64,000 nt of DNA from Clostridia bacterium (GTDB lineage: Bacteria; Bacillota; Clostridia; Oscillospirales; CAG-272), in the NCBI GenBank assembly GCA_017471825.1, contig JAFURQ010000027.1, positions 59,478 to 123,477 of the forward strand, given 5' to 3'. Shown in pieces: positions 34,020 to 41,570 of the stretch. Within the stretch, counting starts at the first letter, position 1. Each line of letters opens with the position of its first letter. The notes under the pieces were generated by a model. That model was not told the origin of the DNA. It saw only the letters and a program-made list of their open reading frames with translations, and made no database searches. The position numbers and the translations under genes were made by a program.

Positions 34020-34178
34020 AGTATATCATAAATGTAATGCAAAATCAATATATTTTTTGATATATATCAAGTAATATTCACTATTCTTAATAAATAAGTG
34101 TAATACAATATATGAATGCGATTGTATGCTATTATTCTTGTTTTGCTAGTGCTATAATATGAGTGCAATCAAAAAAGA

Positions 34179-34207
34179 TTGACAAATATATGAAAGGATG
34201 TTATAAT
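34179..34207 (+). promoter_or_regulatory. perfect consensus sigma-A promoter
   Basis: TTGACA (34179-34184) is followed by exactly 17 nt and TATAAT (34202-34207). The first ATG of the downstream ORF is at 34211. Confidence 0.6.
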
Positions 34208-34210
34208 TTT

Positions 34211-34702
34211 ATGGGATTAATAAAACTTGTTAATCAGTGGGTATATAAGCACTCTCGAAAGCCGGAGCATTACAAAAGAGTGAAAAATCCGCCAAAAACG
34301 ATTTCCGAAAAGATAAAGCGACCACAAGATGCACGTCAGCAACAGTATAACAATTGGTGCAAAAGATATGGCGTGTATAGCGGTTCATATTTGCCGAAAA
34401 ACCCGGATGCTCTTACGCGAAAAGGGTGGAGAGAAACCACTAATGTGAAAGATAAGACTAAAAAGCATAGGGAATTCCAACGCAAATCAACTTCTCAGAT
34501 GGTTCGATATGATAGCAAAGAGTTCAAAAAAGGGCGATATGAAGATGAACACTACCACTGGGAAAACGCCAAAAGCATTAAAGAAAGAAGAAAGCTTGGC
34601 GAGATGGAAAAATATGTTGATAGGTATGGAAACGTGTGCGCGGATGGCTCCAAGGAGTCGCACTTAGCACCAAAGGACAAAACGTACAACTTTAGGAGAT
34701 GA
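34211..34702 (+). CDS. small, very basic protein resembling a stand-alone polymorphic-toxin C-terminal (nuclease-type) module
   Basis: MGLIKLVNQW...LPKNPDALTRKGWRETTN...HREFQRKSTSQMVRYDSKEFKKGRYEDEHYHWENAK...YVDRYGNVCADGSKESHLAP is Lys/Arg-rich and has His-containing motifs (H-Y-H-W, S-H-L). The start is uncertain: GTG at 34163 or ATG at 34211. No family was assigned with certainty. Confidence 0.5.
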   Translation: MGLIKLVNQWVYKHSRKPEHYKRVKNPPKTISEKIKRPQDARQQQYNNWCKRYGVYSGSYLPKNPDALTRKGWRETTNVKDKTKKHREFQRKSTSQMVRYDSKEFKKGRYEDEHYHWENAKSIKERRKLGEMEKYVDRYGNVCADGSKESHLAPKDKTYNFRR

Positions 34703-35133
34703 TTACAATGAAAAAGCAAGAGTTATTAGATCTGCTTAACAAGGCGGCTGATAGTATAAATTTGCACGATGCAAGCATGTATGGCTTCAAGTGGATAAAC
34801 AGCACCGTTGAGTTTATTATATGTCTTGGCAGCTATCACTATATCATTAACGAGTTAGAAGAACTTGTCGACGATGTAAATAACCGTGTTGTTTTAACCT
34901 TGAAATTTGATGGTATTGAAAATGTTGAATGCGAGTTTTGCGAAGATTTCAGATACGACGATGCTGAAATAATGGAAAATAATCAGCTTGAAAACGGAAC
35001 TTTTGAATTTGTTTTTTTAGAATGCGGTAACCCCGGTAAAATATCATTTAGATATACCAAATTTGAGTGGGATGTTGTTGGTGAATTCGATTATGAGCAA
35101 ATCAAACAGTGGTGTAAAGAAAACGGGCTATAA
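34699..35133 (+). CDS. acidic 144-aa protein, immunity/antitoxin-like partner (speculative)
   Basis: Its start overlaps the upstream stop (ATGA). It is acidic. The pattern LHDASMYGFKWINSTVEF...VVLTLKFDGIENVECEF... resembles immunity proteins of polymorphic toxin systems. Confidence 0.55.
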   Translation: MITMKKQELLDLLNKAADSINLHDASMYGFKWINSTVEFIICLGSYHYIINELEELVDDVNNRVVLTLKFDGIENVECEFCEDFRYDDAEIMENNQLENGTFEFVFLECGNPGKISFRYTKFEWDVVGEFDYEQIKQWCKENGL

Positions 35134-35222
35134 AAAGGAATATATGGATATATCTCTTGATATAGATATGAACATCACCATAACATAAGTTCTATATGAT
35201 GCGGCATTGTCCAGGGAATACC

Positions 35223-35246
35223 AGTGTGTTATAATAGGGATAACAC
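35223..35246 (+). repeat. 22-nt motif copy B (agtgtgttataatagggataacac), degenerate
   Basis: It shares AGTGTGTT-A-A-TAGGGA-AAC with copies A and C. It is also internally palindromic (gtgttat...ataacac). Confidence 0.65.
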
Positions 35247-35283
35247 AATTACTATTAAAATCGAATAATGCTCGGACGAAAGA

Positions 35284-35297
35284 CTGTTGTCCCTATT
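35284..35297 (-). repeat. inverted partial copy of the 22-nt motif (ctgttgtccctatt)
   Basis: It forms a perfect 12-bp inverted repeat with 35323-35334 (aatagggacaac) across a 25-nt spacer. Its 12 nt ctgttgtcccta are the exact reverse complement of tagggacaacag at 32887-32898. Confidence 0.8.
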
Positions 35298-35311
35298 ATA
35301 ACTCACTCGTG

Positions 35312-35334
35312 GAGTGTGTTCAAATAGGGACAAC
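35312..35334 (+). repeat. 22-nt motif copy C (gagtgtgttcaaatagggacaac)
   Basis: It matches copy A at 22 of 23 positions. Confidence 0.8.
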
Positions 35335-35340
35335 TTTTTC

Positions 35341-35470
35341 TATAATCAAGCGAAGCGAATCGACAAGCTTGATTGTCAGCAAGCGAGCGCAGATTGCCCC
35401 GCGAGCGCTCCGTAAACGGAGCAATACACGAAGTGCCGCCGCTCGAGCGGCGAAGCTCGCAAGGAGTATA
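35341..35470. repeat. GC-rich cluster of short palindromes just downstream of the spoIVB stop
   Basis: The palindromes are aatcaagc...gcttgatt (8 bp), gcgagcgc in two direct copies, ctccg-taaa-cggag, and the 16-nt perfect palindrome cgccgctcgagcggcg. Confidence 0.7.
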
Positions 35471-35487
35471 ATTTCACTTTTTCCTCA

Positions 35488-36627
35488 TTACGCCGCCTTT
35501 TGCTGCACCTGACTTTCTGCCGCGTTTAACATATTCTCTATAAAAATCCCGTATCCTTCCGTTGGGTCAGCAACCATCACGTGGGTGACCGCTCCAACTA
35601 ATTTCCCATCTTGTATAATAGGGCTGCCTGACATTCCGCGGACGATGCCGCCCGTGAGGGCTATCAGGGTTGGGTCGGTGACCTTGATTTTGAAGGATTT
35701 TGAGCCGGTTGAGGAGTAGTCAACGTCCTTGATTTCGACGTTGAATATACCGCGCTTGCCGTTCTTGACTGTTGAAATTATTTGTGCCGCGCCGCATTTT
35801 ACCTCGTTGCTTTTTGCGGCGGGCATCAGCTTGTCGCAATAGTCGGGTAGGGTATCGAGCGTACCGAAAACGCCGCACTCGGAATTTTTGGCAATAGAGC
35901 CGAGTGTTGCTTGCTTCAGCACTCCCGTAAGCTCGCCTGCGTGTCCGACCTCGCCCTTCTTACAGCCGCCGAGAGTTACAGAGTTAACCGTGCCGCTTCT
36001 GACGCTGACGTAGCCTGTTCCGTCTGCGGCGGAGACCCCGTGACCAAGACCGCCAAAGGCGAGCGTTTCGGGATCGATAAACGTGACAGTGCCAATGCCT
36101 GCGGTGTGAGCGCGAAGATTTACGCCGAGCTTGTAGACTCCGTCACAGAGCTTGGGTACGGCGGTTACGTTAAGTATTTCTCCGCCTCGAATTATTTCAA
36201 GCTCAAGCTTTTTACCGCCGGAATTTTTCACCGCATCCTCCACCTCGGAGCATTCGTGGACATCTTTACCGTTTACCTTTAATATTCTGTCACCGACAAG
36301 GAGCACGCGTGAGGAGGAGCCGCTTGTCACGGATACGCCGTCCTCGTTAATTATAAGCCCAAAGGCAGAGCCGCCGGGGTATAGCATAATAGCCTCGTCG
36401 TCTTTCCTTTTACCGCCGAAGAAGAGCTCGTAGATTCTTGAGGAAACCTCAACGTTTTTTGATACCGCAGCAACGCCGCCGTCGCTTAAGGTGGCAGGCG
36501 TGTAACATTTTTCACTGTATAAATCGGCAAAACCTGCTGATGCAGAACCGCTGACGGCGGTGCCGAGCAGGCACGCAAGCATACAAACAGCGGTTGTAAA
36601 TTTTAACAATATTTTTCTCATTCCCAT
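35488..36627 (-). CDS. spoIVB: SpoIVB peptidase (S55 family, PDZ plus serine protease)
   Basis: There is a signal/TM N-terminus and a PDZ-like region. GTVTFIDPETLAFGGLGHGV contains the catalytic His, and GMSGSPI contains the catalytic Ser. Confidence 0.85.
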   Translation of the reverse strand: MGMRKILLKFTTAVCMLACLLGTAVSGSASAGFADLYSEKCYTPATLSDGGVAAVSKNVEVSSRIYELFFGGKRKDDEAIMLYPGGSAFGLIINEDGVSVTSGSSSRVLLVGDRILKVNGKDVHECSEVEDAVKNSGGKKLELEIIRGGEILNVTAVPKLCDGVYKLGVNLRAHTAGIGTVTFIDPETLAFGGLGHGVSAADGTGYVSVRSGTVNSVTLGGCKKGEVGHAGELTGVLKQATLGSIAKNSECGVFGTLDTLPDYCDKLMPAAKSNEVKCGAAQIISTVKNGKRGIFNVEIKDVDYSSTGSKSFKIKVTDPTLIALTGGIVRGMSGSPIIQDGKLVGAVTHVMVADPTEGYGIFIENMLNAAESQVQQKAA

Positions 36628-36740
36628 TCATCCCATCGTTTTTACTGAATTTATTTTTCCTCGCAATAGCGGTTGTATGAGAAGAAAAAACAGCCAAAAA
36701 AACAGGTATGAAAAAGCTTCATACCTGTGATTTGTTTTTA

Positions 36741-37232
36741 TTATTCTTCAAAGAAAACCTCTATAAGAGCATTCATAATATGCATCGGACCGGAAGAATA
36801 AATGCACATGTAGCTACTCGTTCTTATCGGGGTATAAAGTTCAATTATTGTACCTGATGGATTTTTCTTGAGCTTAAATCCAGATTGCTCGGCGATTTTA
36901 ATCATTTGAGAAAAATCAACCGATATATCGCCGCAATCTACCTTTATTTCAACAAGATCCGGACTGCATTTGATTTTTGCGGATATTTCCGCTTTGGCAT
37001 TAATCTCGGTGAGCAGCATTTTGAGAAAATGCGCAAAGCCCCTTGCCGATACGTCGATATATCCCATCGCATTGTTAGTGATTTCGAGGTCTATCAGCCC
37101 GCGGAAATTTGAGTTTATAAATTTTTCAACGGCACTTGTAAATTCAAGGGACGAAAACGTAACTATACGGCATTCGGACGGTGAGGTATCTATTACCCTC
37201 GGGATTTTTGTGCCAAGCTTTTGGGGTTTCAC
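36741..37232 (-). CDS. hypothetical protein (163 aa)
   Basis: The ORF overlaps the upstream gene by 4 nt. No family was recognised. Confidence 0.5.
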   Translation of the reverse strand: MKPQKLGTKIPRVIDTSPSECRIVTFSSLEFTSAVEKFINSNFRGLIDLEITNNAMGYIDVSARGFAHFLKMLLTEINAKAEISAKIKCSPDLVEIKVDCGDISVDFSQMIKIAEQSGFKLKKNPSGTIIELYTPIRTSSYMCIYSSGPMHIMNALIEVFFEE

Positions 37233-38305
37233 TGCATTGATATAGATGCGCGGTCAAAGGCTTCAAAGCCGTTTGCAAATTCAGCGCTTACCAGAAGCGC
37301 CACCTTGACTGCATCGATTTCCTTTCCAATAGTATTCTGGATATAAACCGCTTCTATTTCATCGTAAGCATTTTCAAAATGCTCAGGTGATTTATCGGCA
37401 ATATACAGGATGTAATAGCCGTCGTTCATGCCCGTAACTACCTTAATTACATCAGTGGTTCCGTAGAGCTGAGTCGAGAATGCCGCATCGGTGTACCTTT
37501 CGTAATATATCGGGTCGAGCGCGTATTTTCCTATTACAACGCCGTTACGAAGGCTTTCGGAGGCGGTGGAGTTGGCTATCATATACGTAGCAACGTCCTC
37601 CTCGTTACTTTGATTTGATACGCCGTCGCGTATCTCACCAACGCGCTCCTCTGTGAAATATTTGTCCGAAAAGAAGATTTGGAGTGCTCTTACACATTCG
37701 TTACTGTTGTAAAACGCCTCAACATCCTCGCGCATAAATCTTATGACCTCGCCGTTTGCGCTCTTGTCCGCATAATAATTGTCAAGAAGCTCGGAGCAAA
37801 CCGAATATCTGAACATAAGCTCTTGCACGGAGTAGTTCATATTCATATTTTTCAGATATTCAAGATAGGCGTCGTAATCACCGCCAAAGCCCTCGAGAAG
37901 CATACCGTCAACGCTTCCGCCCTCGATGCTTGCCGTGATATAGTCATCGATTGATTCTTCGACAATATCTGAATAAATATCAATGCCCACCTTTTTACAA
38001 AGATGAAAAACGGCATAAATATCAGAAATATGCTTAAAAATAATTTCATCTATGCGCCGGATATACGTTTGCTTGTTTTCTCCGCTCCAAACGCTTTCGT
38101 CACCGCCGTCTATCACGCTTTTATATTGCAAAAACAGCGCGCGGTAGAGCTCGTAGCGTATCTCATACGTTTCACCGTCTGCTTCTATTGTAATGACGGT
38201 TTTTGCTTCTTCCTCGGTGCTTTCAACAGGGGGATAATCCTCGCCGCAAGCGATAAGTGAAAAGCATAACGTTATCAGTAAAATAACGGCAATCAGTTTT
38301 TTCAT
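37229..38305 (-). CDS. putative lipoprotein
   Basis: MKKLIAVILLITLCFSLIACGED is a lipobox. The start was moved to 38305. Confidence 0.6.
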   Translation of the reverse strand: MKKLIAVILLITLCFSLIACGEDYPPVESTEEEAKTVITIEADGETYEIRYELYRALFLQYKSVIDGGDESVWSGENKQTYIRRIDEIIFKHISDIYAVFHLCKKVGIDIYSDIVEESIDDYITASIEGGSVDGMLLEGFGGDYDAYLEYLKNMNMNYSVQELMFRYSVCSELLDNYYADKSANGEVIRFMREDVEAFYNSNECVRALQIFFSDKYFTEERVGEIRDGVSNQSNEEDVATYMIANSTASESLRNGVVIGKYALDPIYYERYTDAAFSTQLYGTTDVIKVVTGMNDGYYILYIADKSPEHFENAYDEIEAVYIQNTIGKEIDAVKVALLVSAEFANGFEAFDRASISMQ

Positions 38306-38485
38306 TTTATCAAAATACTCCGCATCAATAATATAAATATATTTTATCAAATAAAAGAAGAAAAATCAATACCGAAAAAATATATGAGAAATTTTTAGAA
38401 AAGGTTTGCATTATTTCGGCTTTTGTGTTAGAATAAATTGAAAATGCTTTTGATGTTGCCGCACGGCGACAGAATGGAGATTATT

Positions 38486-39418
38486 ATGGAAGAAAACTAT
38501 AAGGTAGCGATGTCGAGGATAATCGATCAGTTCAACCTTGAAACGATTTATTTGCCCGACCTGCCGGAAAATATAGAAATATGCTGCTCGCGCGTTAACC
38601 GCCCGGGGCTTCAGCTTGTTGGCTTTTACGACCATTATGAGCAGGCACGAATTCAGATTGTCGGTAAGGTTGAAAATCTTTTCCTTACACAGCTTGATCC
38701 CGAGGAGCGCCATCGCAGGCTGGAGGACTTTTTCCGCTCTGCGCCTGTCGGTGTTATCGTTACGTCCTCGATAGAAATCGATCCCGCCACGGTTGAGATT
38801 GCGGAAAAATACAAGGTACCGCTCCTTCGCACGAGCGAGCGCACCTCAGAATTTATGGCTGCTCTTATCGCCTTCCTGAACGTTCAGCTCGGCCCCCGCA
38901 TCACCCGACACGGAGTTTTGGTTGAGGTTTACGGCGAGGGTATTCTCCTTATAGGAGATTCGGGCATAGGTAAAAGCGAAACGGCAATAGAGCTTGTAAA
39001 ACGCGGTCACCGTCTTATAGCCGATGATGCAGTTGAGATTAAAAAGGTTTCCGCGACAACGCTCGTCGGACGTGCCCCCGATCTCATTCGTCACTACGTT
39101 GAGCTTCGCGGTATAGGCATAGTTGACGTTCGCCGCCTTTTCGGTATGGGTGCCGTTAAGGAGAGCGAGAAAATCGACCTCGTAATCAATCTTGAGAACT
39201 GGCAGCAGGGTAAAATGTATGACCGTCTCGGACTTGAGGCAGAGACCGTGGACATACTCGGTATCAGGGTGCCGAGCATAGTTCTTCCCGTATGCCCCGG
39301 TAGAAACCTTTCGGTAGTTATCGAGGTTGCGGCAATGAACAACCGCCAGAAGAGAATGGGCTATAACACGGCAGAGGAATTTAATAAAAGACTCATGGAA
39401 TCTATGGGTATGCAATAA
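38486..39418 (+). CDS. hprK: HPr kinase/phosphorylase
   Basis: GVLVEVYGEGILLIGDSGIGKSETAIELVKRGHRLIADD is the Walker A and signature region. The start at 38486 has GGAG 8 nt upstream. Confidence 0.9.
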   Translation: MEENYKVAMSRIIDQFNLETIYLPDLPENIEICCSRVNRPGLQLVGFYDHYEQARIQIVGKVENLFLTQLDPEERHRRLEDFFRSAPVGVIVTSSIEIDPATVEIAEKYKVPLLRTSERTSEFMAALIAFLNVQLGPRITRHGVLVEVYGEGILLIGDSGIGKSETAIELVKRGHRLIADDAVEIKKVSATTLVGRAPDLIRHYVELRGIGIVDVRRLFGMGAVKESEKIDLVINLENWQQGKMYDRLGLEAETVDILGIRVPSIVLPVCPGRNLSVVIEVAAMNNRQKRMGYNTAEEFNKRLMESMGMQ

Positions 39419-39524
39419 TCTTAAATATCATAAAAGGAACGCAAGAAGCGTTCCTTTTTCTTTTGTTATGTATATTTTTTGCGTGTCCTTCATAGTATTG
39501 AATGAAAATGCTACGGAGGTGTAT

Positions 39525-41054
39525 ATGAACAAGCAAATAAAAAAAGATATTGAATCGGGGTGCGATTATATTCTACCCGATTATATGGGTGACATCAAAA
39601 AAATACTTTCCGGTAGGGCGCGGTGTGTGCCAAACGGAAAATTCTTGACCGATTCGGGTGTTGAAATTACCGGAGCGGTTGAATACGAGGTGCTTTACGC
39701 AGACTCCGAAAATCGGCTTACCGCCATCAACATAAGCTCGGATTACTCCGCCGTTGTTCCTGCAAACGCAGAGCTCTACGTAGATACATGGGCGGAGGCG
39801 CGAGTTGGTAGCTTCAATATAAGGATAACAGGGCCGCGCAAGATGAGCTTGAAATCGGCGGTTGAGGTAAATGCAACGGTAAGCGAGCACTCGAGCATCG
39901 GTATCGAGGGAGATGCCTTTGAATCAAGCAATTCGGTAGAAAAAATAAGCCGTGTAATAAACGTTGAAAACTCGCTCTACGGAAAAACGCTCGAGAGGGA
40001 ATTTGCCGAGGAGGGAGAAAGACTTCCTAACACACTCCCTGAGGATATTGAGATAATAAGCGCCACCGGCAGTGTCAGAGTCTACGAAACGCGACCCGTA
40101 GATGACGGTGTGGAAATAAAGGGAGAGCTGGTTATCGTTGCGATAGTGCGGACAAATGAGCAGCCCCCATTTGCGATCAGAAGGGCGATTCCGTTTGAGG
40201 AAGTAGTGGAAATTGAGGGAATAACGCGCGATATGCAGGTAATGGGCGACGGCTATATAACGAGCGCCGTTTGCAGTATTGCCGAGGAGATGGAGGAAAG
40301 CGTTATAAACCTGAACGTTATTGCGGAATTTGAGGCATGCGCCTACACAACCGAAGCAATAGACGTGGTAACAGACGCATATCTTAAAGAATCCGAAACC
40401 AAGTGCGCTTATGAGGTGCTTGAGTACCAAACGTCGGGGGCGTGTCAAATTATTGACGCCGTGATTAATGAAAAGGTTGCCCGTGCAGACGTTGCCTGCG
40501 CCGAGGCTCGTGACATTATTTCATTGAATTGTGATGCAAGGGCTTCGGAATGTGCCCTGACCGCATCAGGCGTTGAAATCAGCGGTGAATTAGCGATTAG
40601 TGGGGTAGCGTGTGAAATTAACGTGGATAATACGGAAACCTATATACCCATTAAGATTACAGTACCTTATCACACTAATGTAAACTTAAATTGTCAAATC
40701 ACGGATAAATCGAGAGTTTCCTGCTTTGTTACGCCTGTTCTTTGTGAGGGCTCGTTTGATGCAGAGGATATGTACTTGAAATGCGCGCTCAAGGTGAAGG
40801 TAAAGGTTGATAATATTGAAAGCGTTACAAGGCTTTCGGAGTGCTACGTCGGAGCTGCCGTCACCGAGGTGCCGACCTCTTCGCGCATAACGGTTTATTA
40901 TCCCGATAAGAACGATACGCTTTTTGGAGTTGCAAAGCGCTTTCATACAACGGCGGCAAAGCTTGCGTGTGATAATCCATTACCCGATGAGGCAACCGCG
41001 GCAATTGATGCGGCATCCTCGCTTGCGGGAGTTAAAAAGCTTATAATAAGATAA
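39525..41054 (+). CDS. DUF3794-domain sporulation protein with a C-terminal LysM (SipL/SpoVID-like)
   Basis: ...DYILPDYMGDIKKIL... is the DUF3794 hallmark. The C-terminus ITVYYPDKNDTLFGVAKRFHTTAAKLACDN is LysM. GGAGG lies upstream of the ATG at 39525. Confidence 0.65.
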   Translation: MNKQIKKDIESGCDYILPDYMGDIKKILSGRARCVPNGKFLTDSGVEITGAVEYEVLYADSENRLTAINISSDYSAVVPANAELYVDTWAEARVGSFNIRITGPRKMSLKSAVEVNATVSEHSSIGIEGDAFESSNSVEKISRVINVENSLYGKTLEREFAEEGERLPNTLPEDIEIISATGSVRVYETRPVDDGVEIKGELVIVAIVRTNEQPPFAIRRAIPFEEVVEIEGITRDMQVMGDGYITSAVCSIAEEMEESVINLNVIAEFEACAYTTEAIDVVTDAYLKESETKCAYEVLEYQTSGACQIIDAVINEKVARADVACAEARDIISLNCDARASECALTASGVEISGELAISGVACEINVDNTETYIPIKITVPYHTNVNLNCQITDKSRVSCFVTPVLCEGSFDAEDMYLKCALKVKVKVDNIESVTRLSECYVGAAVTEVPTSSRITVYYPDKNDTLFGVAKRFHTTAAKLACDNPLPDEATAAIDAASSLAGVKKLIIR

Positions 41055-41058
41055 CGGA

Positions 41059-41096
41059 AAAAGCGGAGATTTCATTTGAAATCTCCGCTTTTTTTA
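41059..41096. terminator. bidirectional terminator
   Basis: The 11-bp stem agcggagattt...aaatctccgct is followed by a T-run. Confidence 0.75.
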
Positions 41097-41570
41097 TAAA
41101 ATAGCTTCCATAACAGTTTTTTGCGGGACAAGTCCCATTTTTTCGTAGAATCTTTTTGCGCCGGGATTGCATTCCCAGACGTTAAGGGTGAGATTATAGC
41201 ATCCAATGCTCTTTGCATACTCTTTTACGTACGTGTAAAGCATTTTTCCTATGCTTGCGCCGCGTTCGTTTTCGTCAACACAGAGGTCGTCAATGTACAA
41301 AGTTTTCATATCGCAGAGTATATTGTCACCCTCGGTCAATTTTATTACGCAAAAGGCGTATCCCACGACCCGTGTCGCATTTTCGGCAACGAAAATCGGG
41401 GTTTTATCATCTGAAATTATGCTTTTCAGCTCGTTATCCGTATATTTTCTGCAATTCGGTTTAAAAACGTCGGGTCTGCCGTTATGGTGTACGGTCAGCA
41501 CCTGCTCGAGCAGATTGCAGATGGCGCTCATATCCGACGCGGTGGCGCGTCTGATTGAAATTTCCGTCAT
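41094..41570 (-). CDS. GNAT-family N-acetyltransferase
   Basis: ...LCVDENERGASIGKMLY... is motif A. Confidence 0.75.
   Translation of the reverse strand: MTEISIRRATASDMSAICNLLEQVLTVHHNGRPDVFKPNCRKYTDNELKSIISDDKTPIFVAENATRVVGYAFCVIKLTEGDNILCDMKTLYIDDLCVDENERGASIGKMLYTYVKEYAKSIGCYNLTLNVWECNPGAKRFYEKMGLVPQKTVMEAIL

Larger units (their letters stand above)
32857..35633 (-). mobile_element. candidate recombinase-less integrative cassette in the 3' end of spoIVB
   Basis: A 16-nt identical segment at both limits is the longest identical run between the two copies. The interior is AT-rich and carries 3-4 accessory ORFs plus 22-nt motif copies near both ends. No integrase or transposase is present. 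Confidence 0.45.

Noticed and set aside
35233-35250. Similarity of aatagggataacacaatt to the I-SceI homing-endonuclease site (TAGGGATAACAGGGTAAT)
   Set aside because: Only the first 11 nt match. There is no LAGLIDADG ORF, intron or rRNA context. The sequence is better explained as one copy of the local 22-nt motif.
32874-35334. Integron attC sites or a gene cassette array
   Set aside because: There is no intI gene. The palindromes lack the RYYYAAC/GTTRRRY core pair and the usual attC geometry. Cargo genes have their own promoters and mixed orientation.
35207-35512. 101-aa plus-strand ORF crossing the spoIVB stop
   Set aside because: It spans the 22-nt motif copies and the GC-rich palindromes and overlaps the spoIVB 3' end. 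It has an Arg/Ala-rich low-complexity tail and no Shine-Dalgarno sequence.
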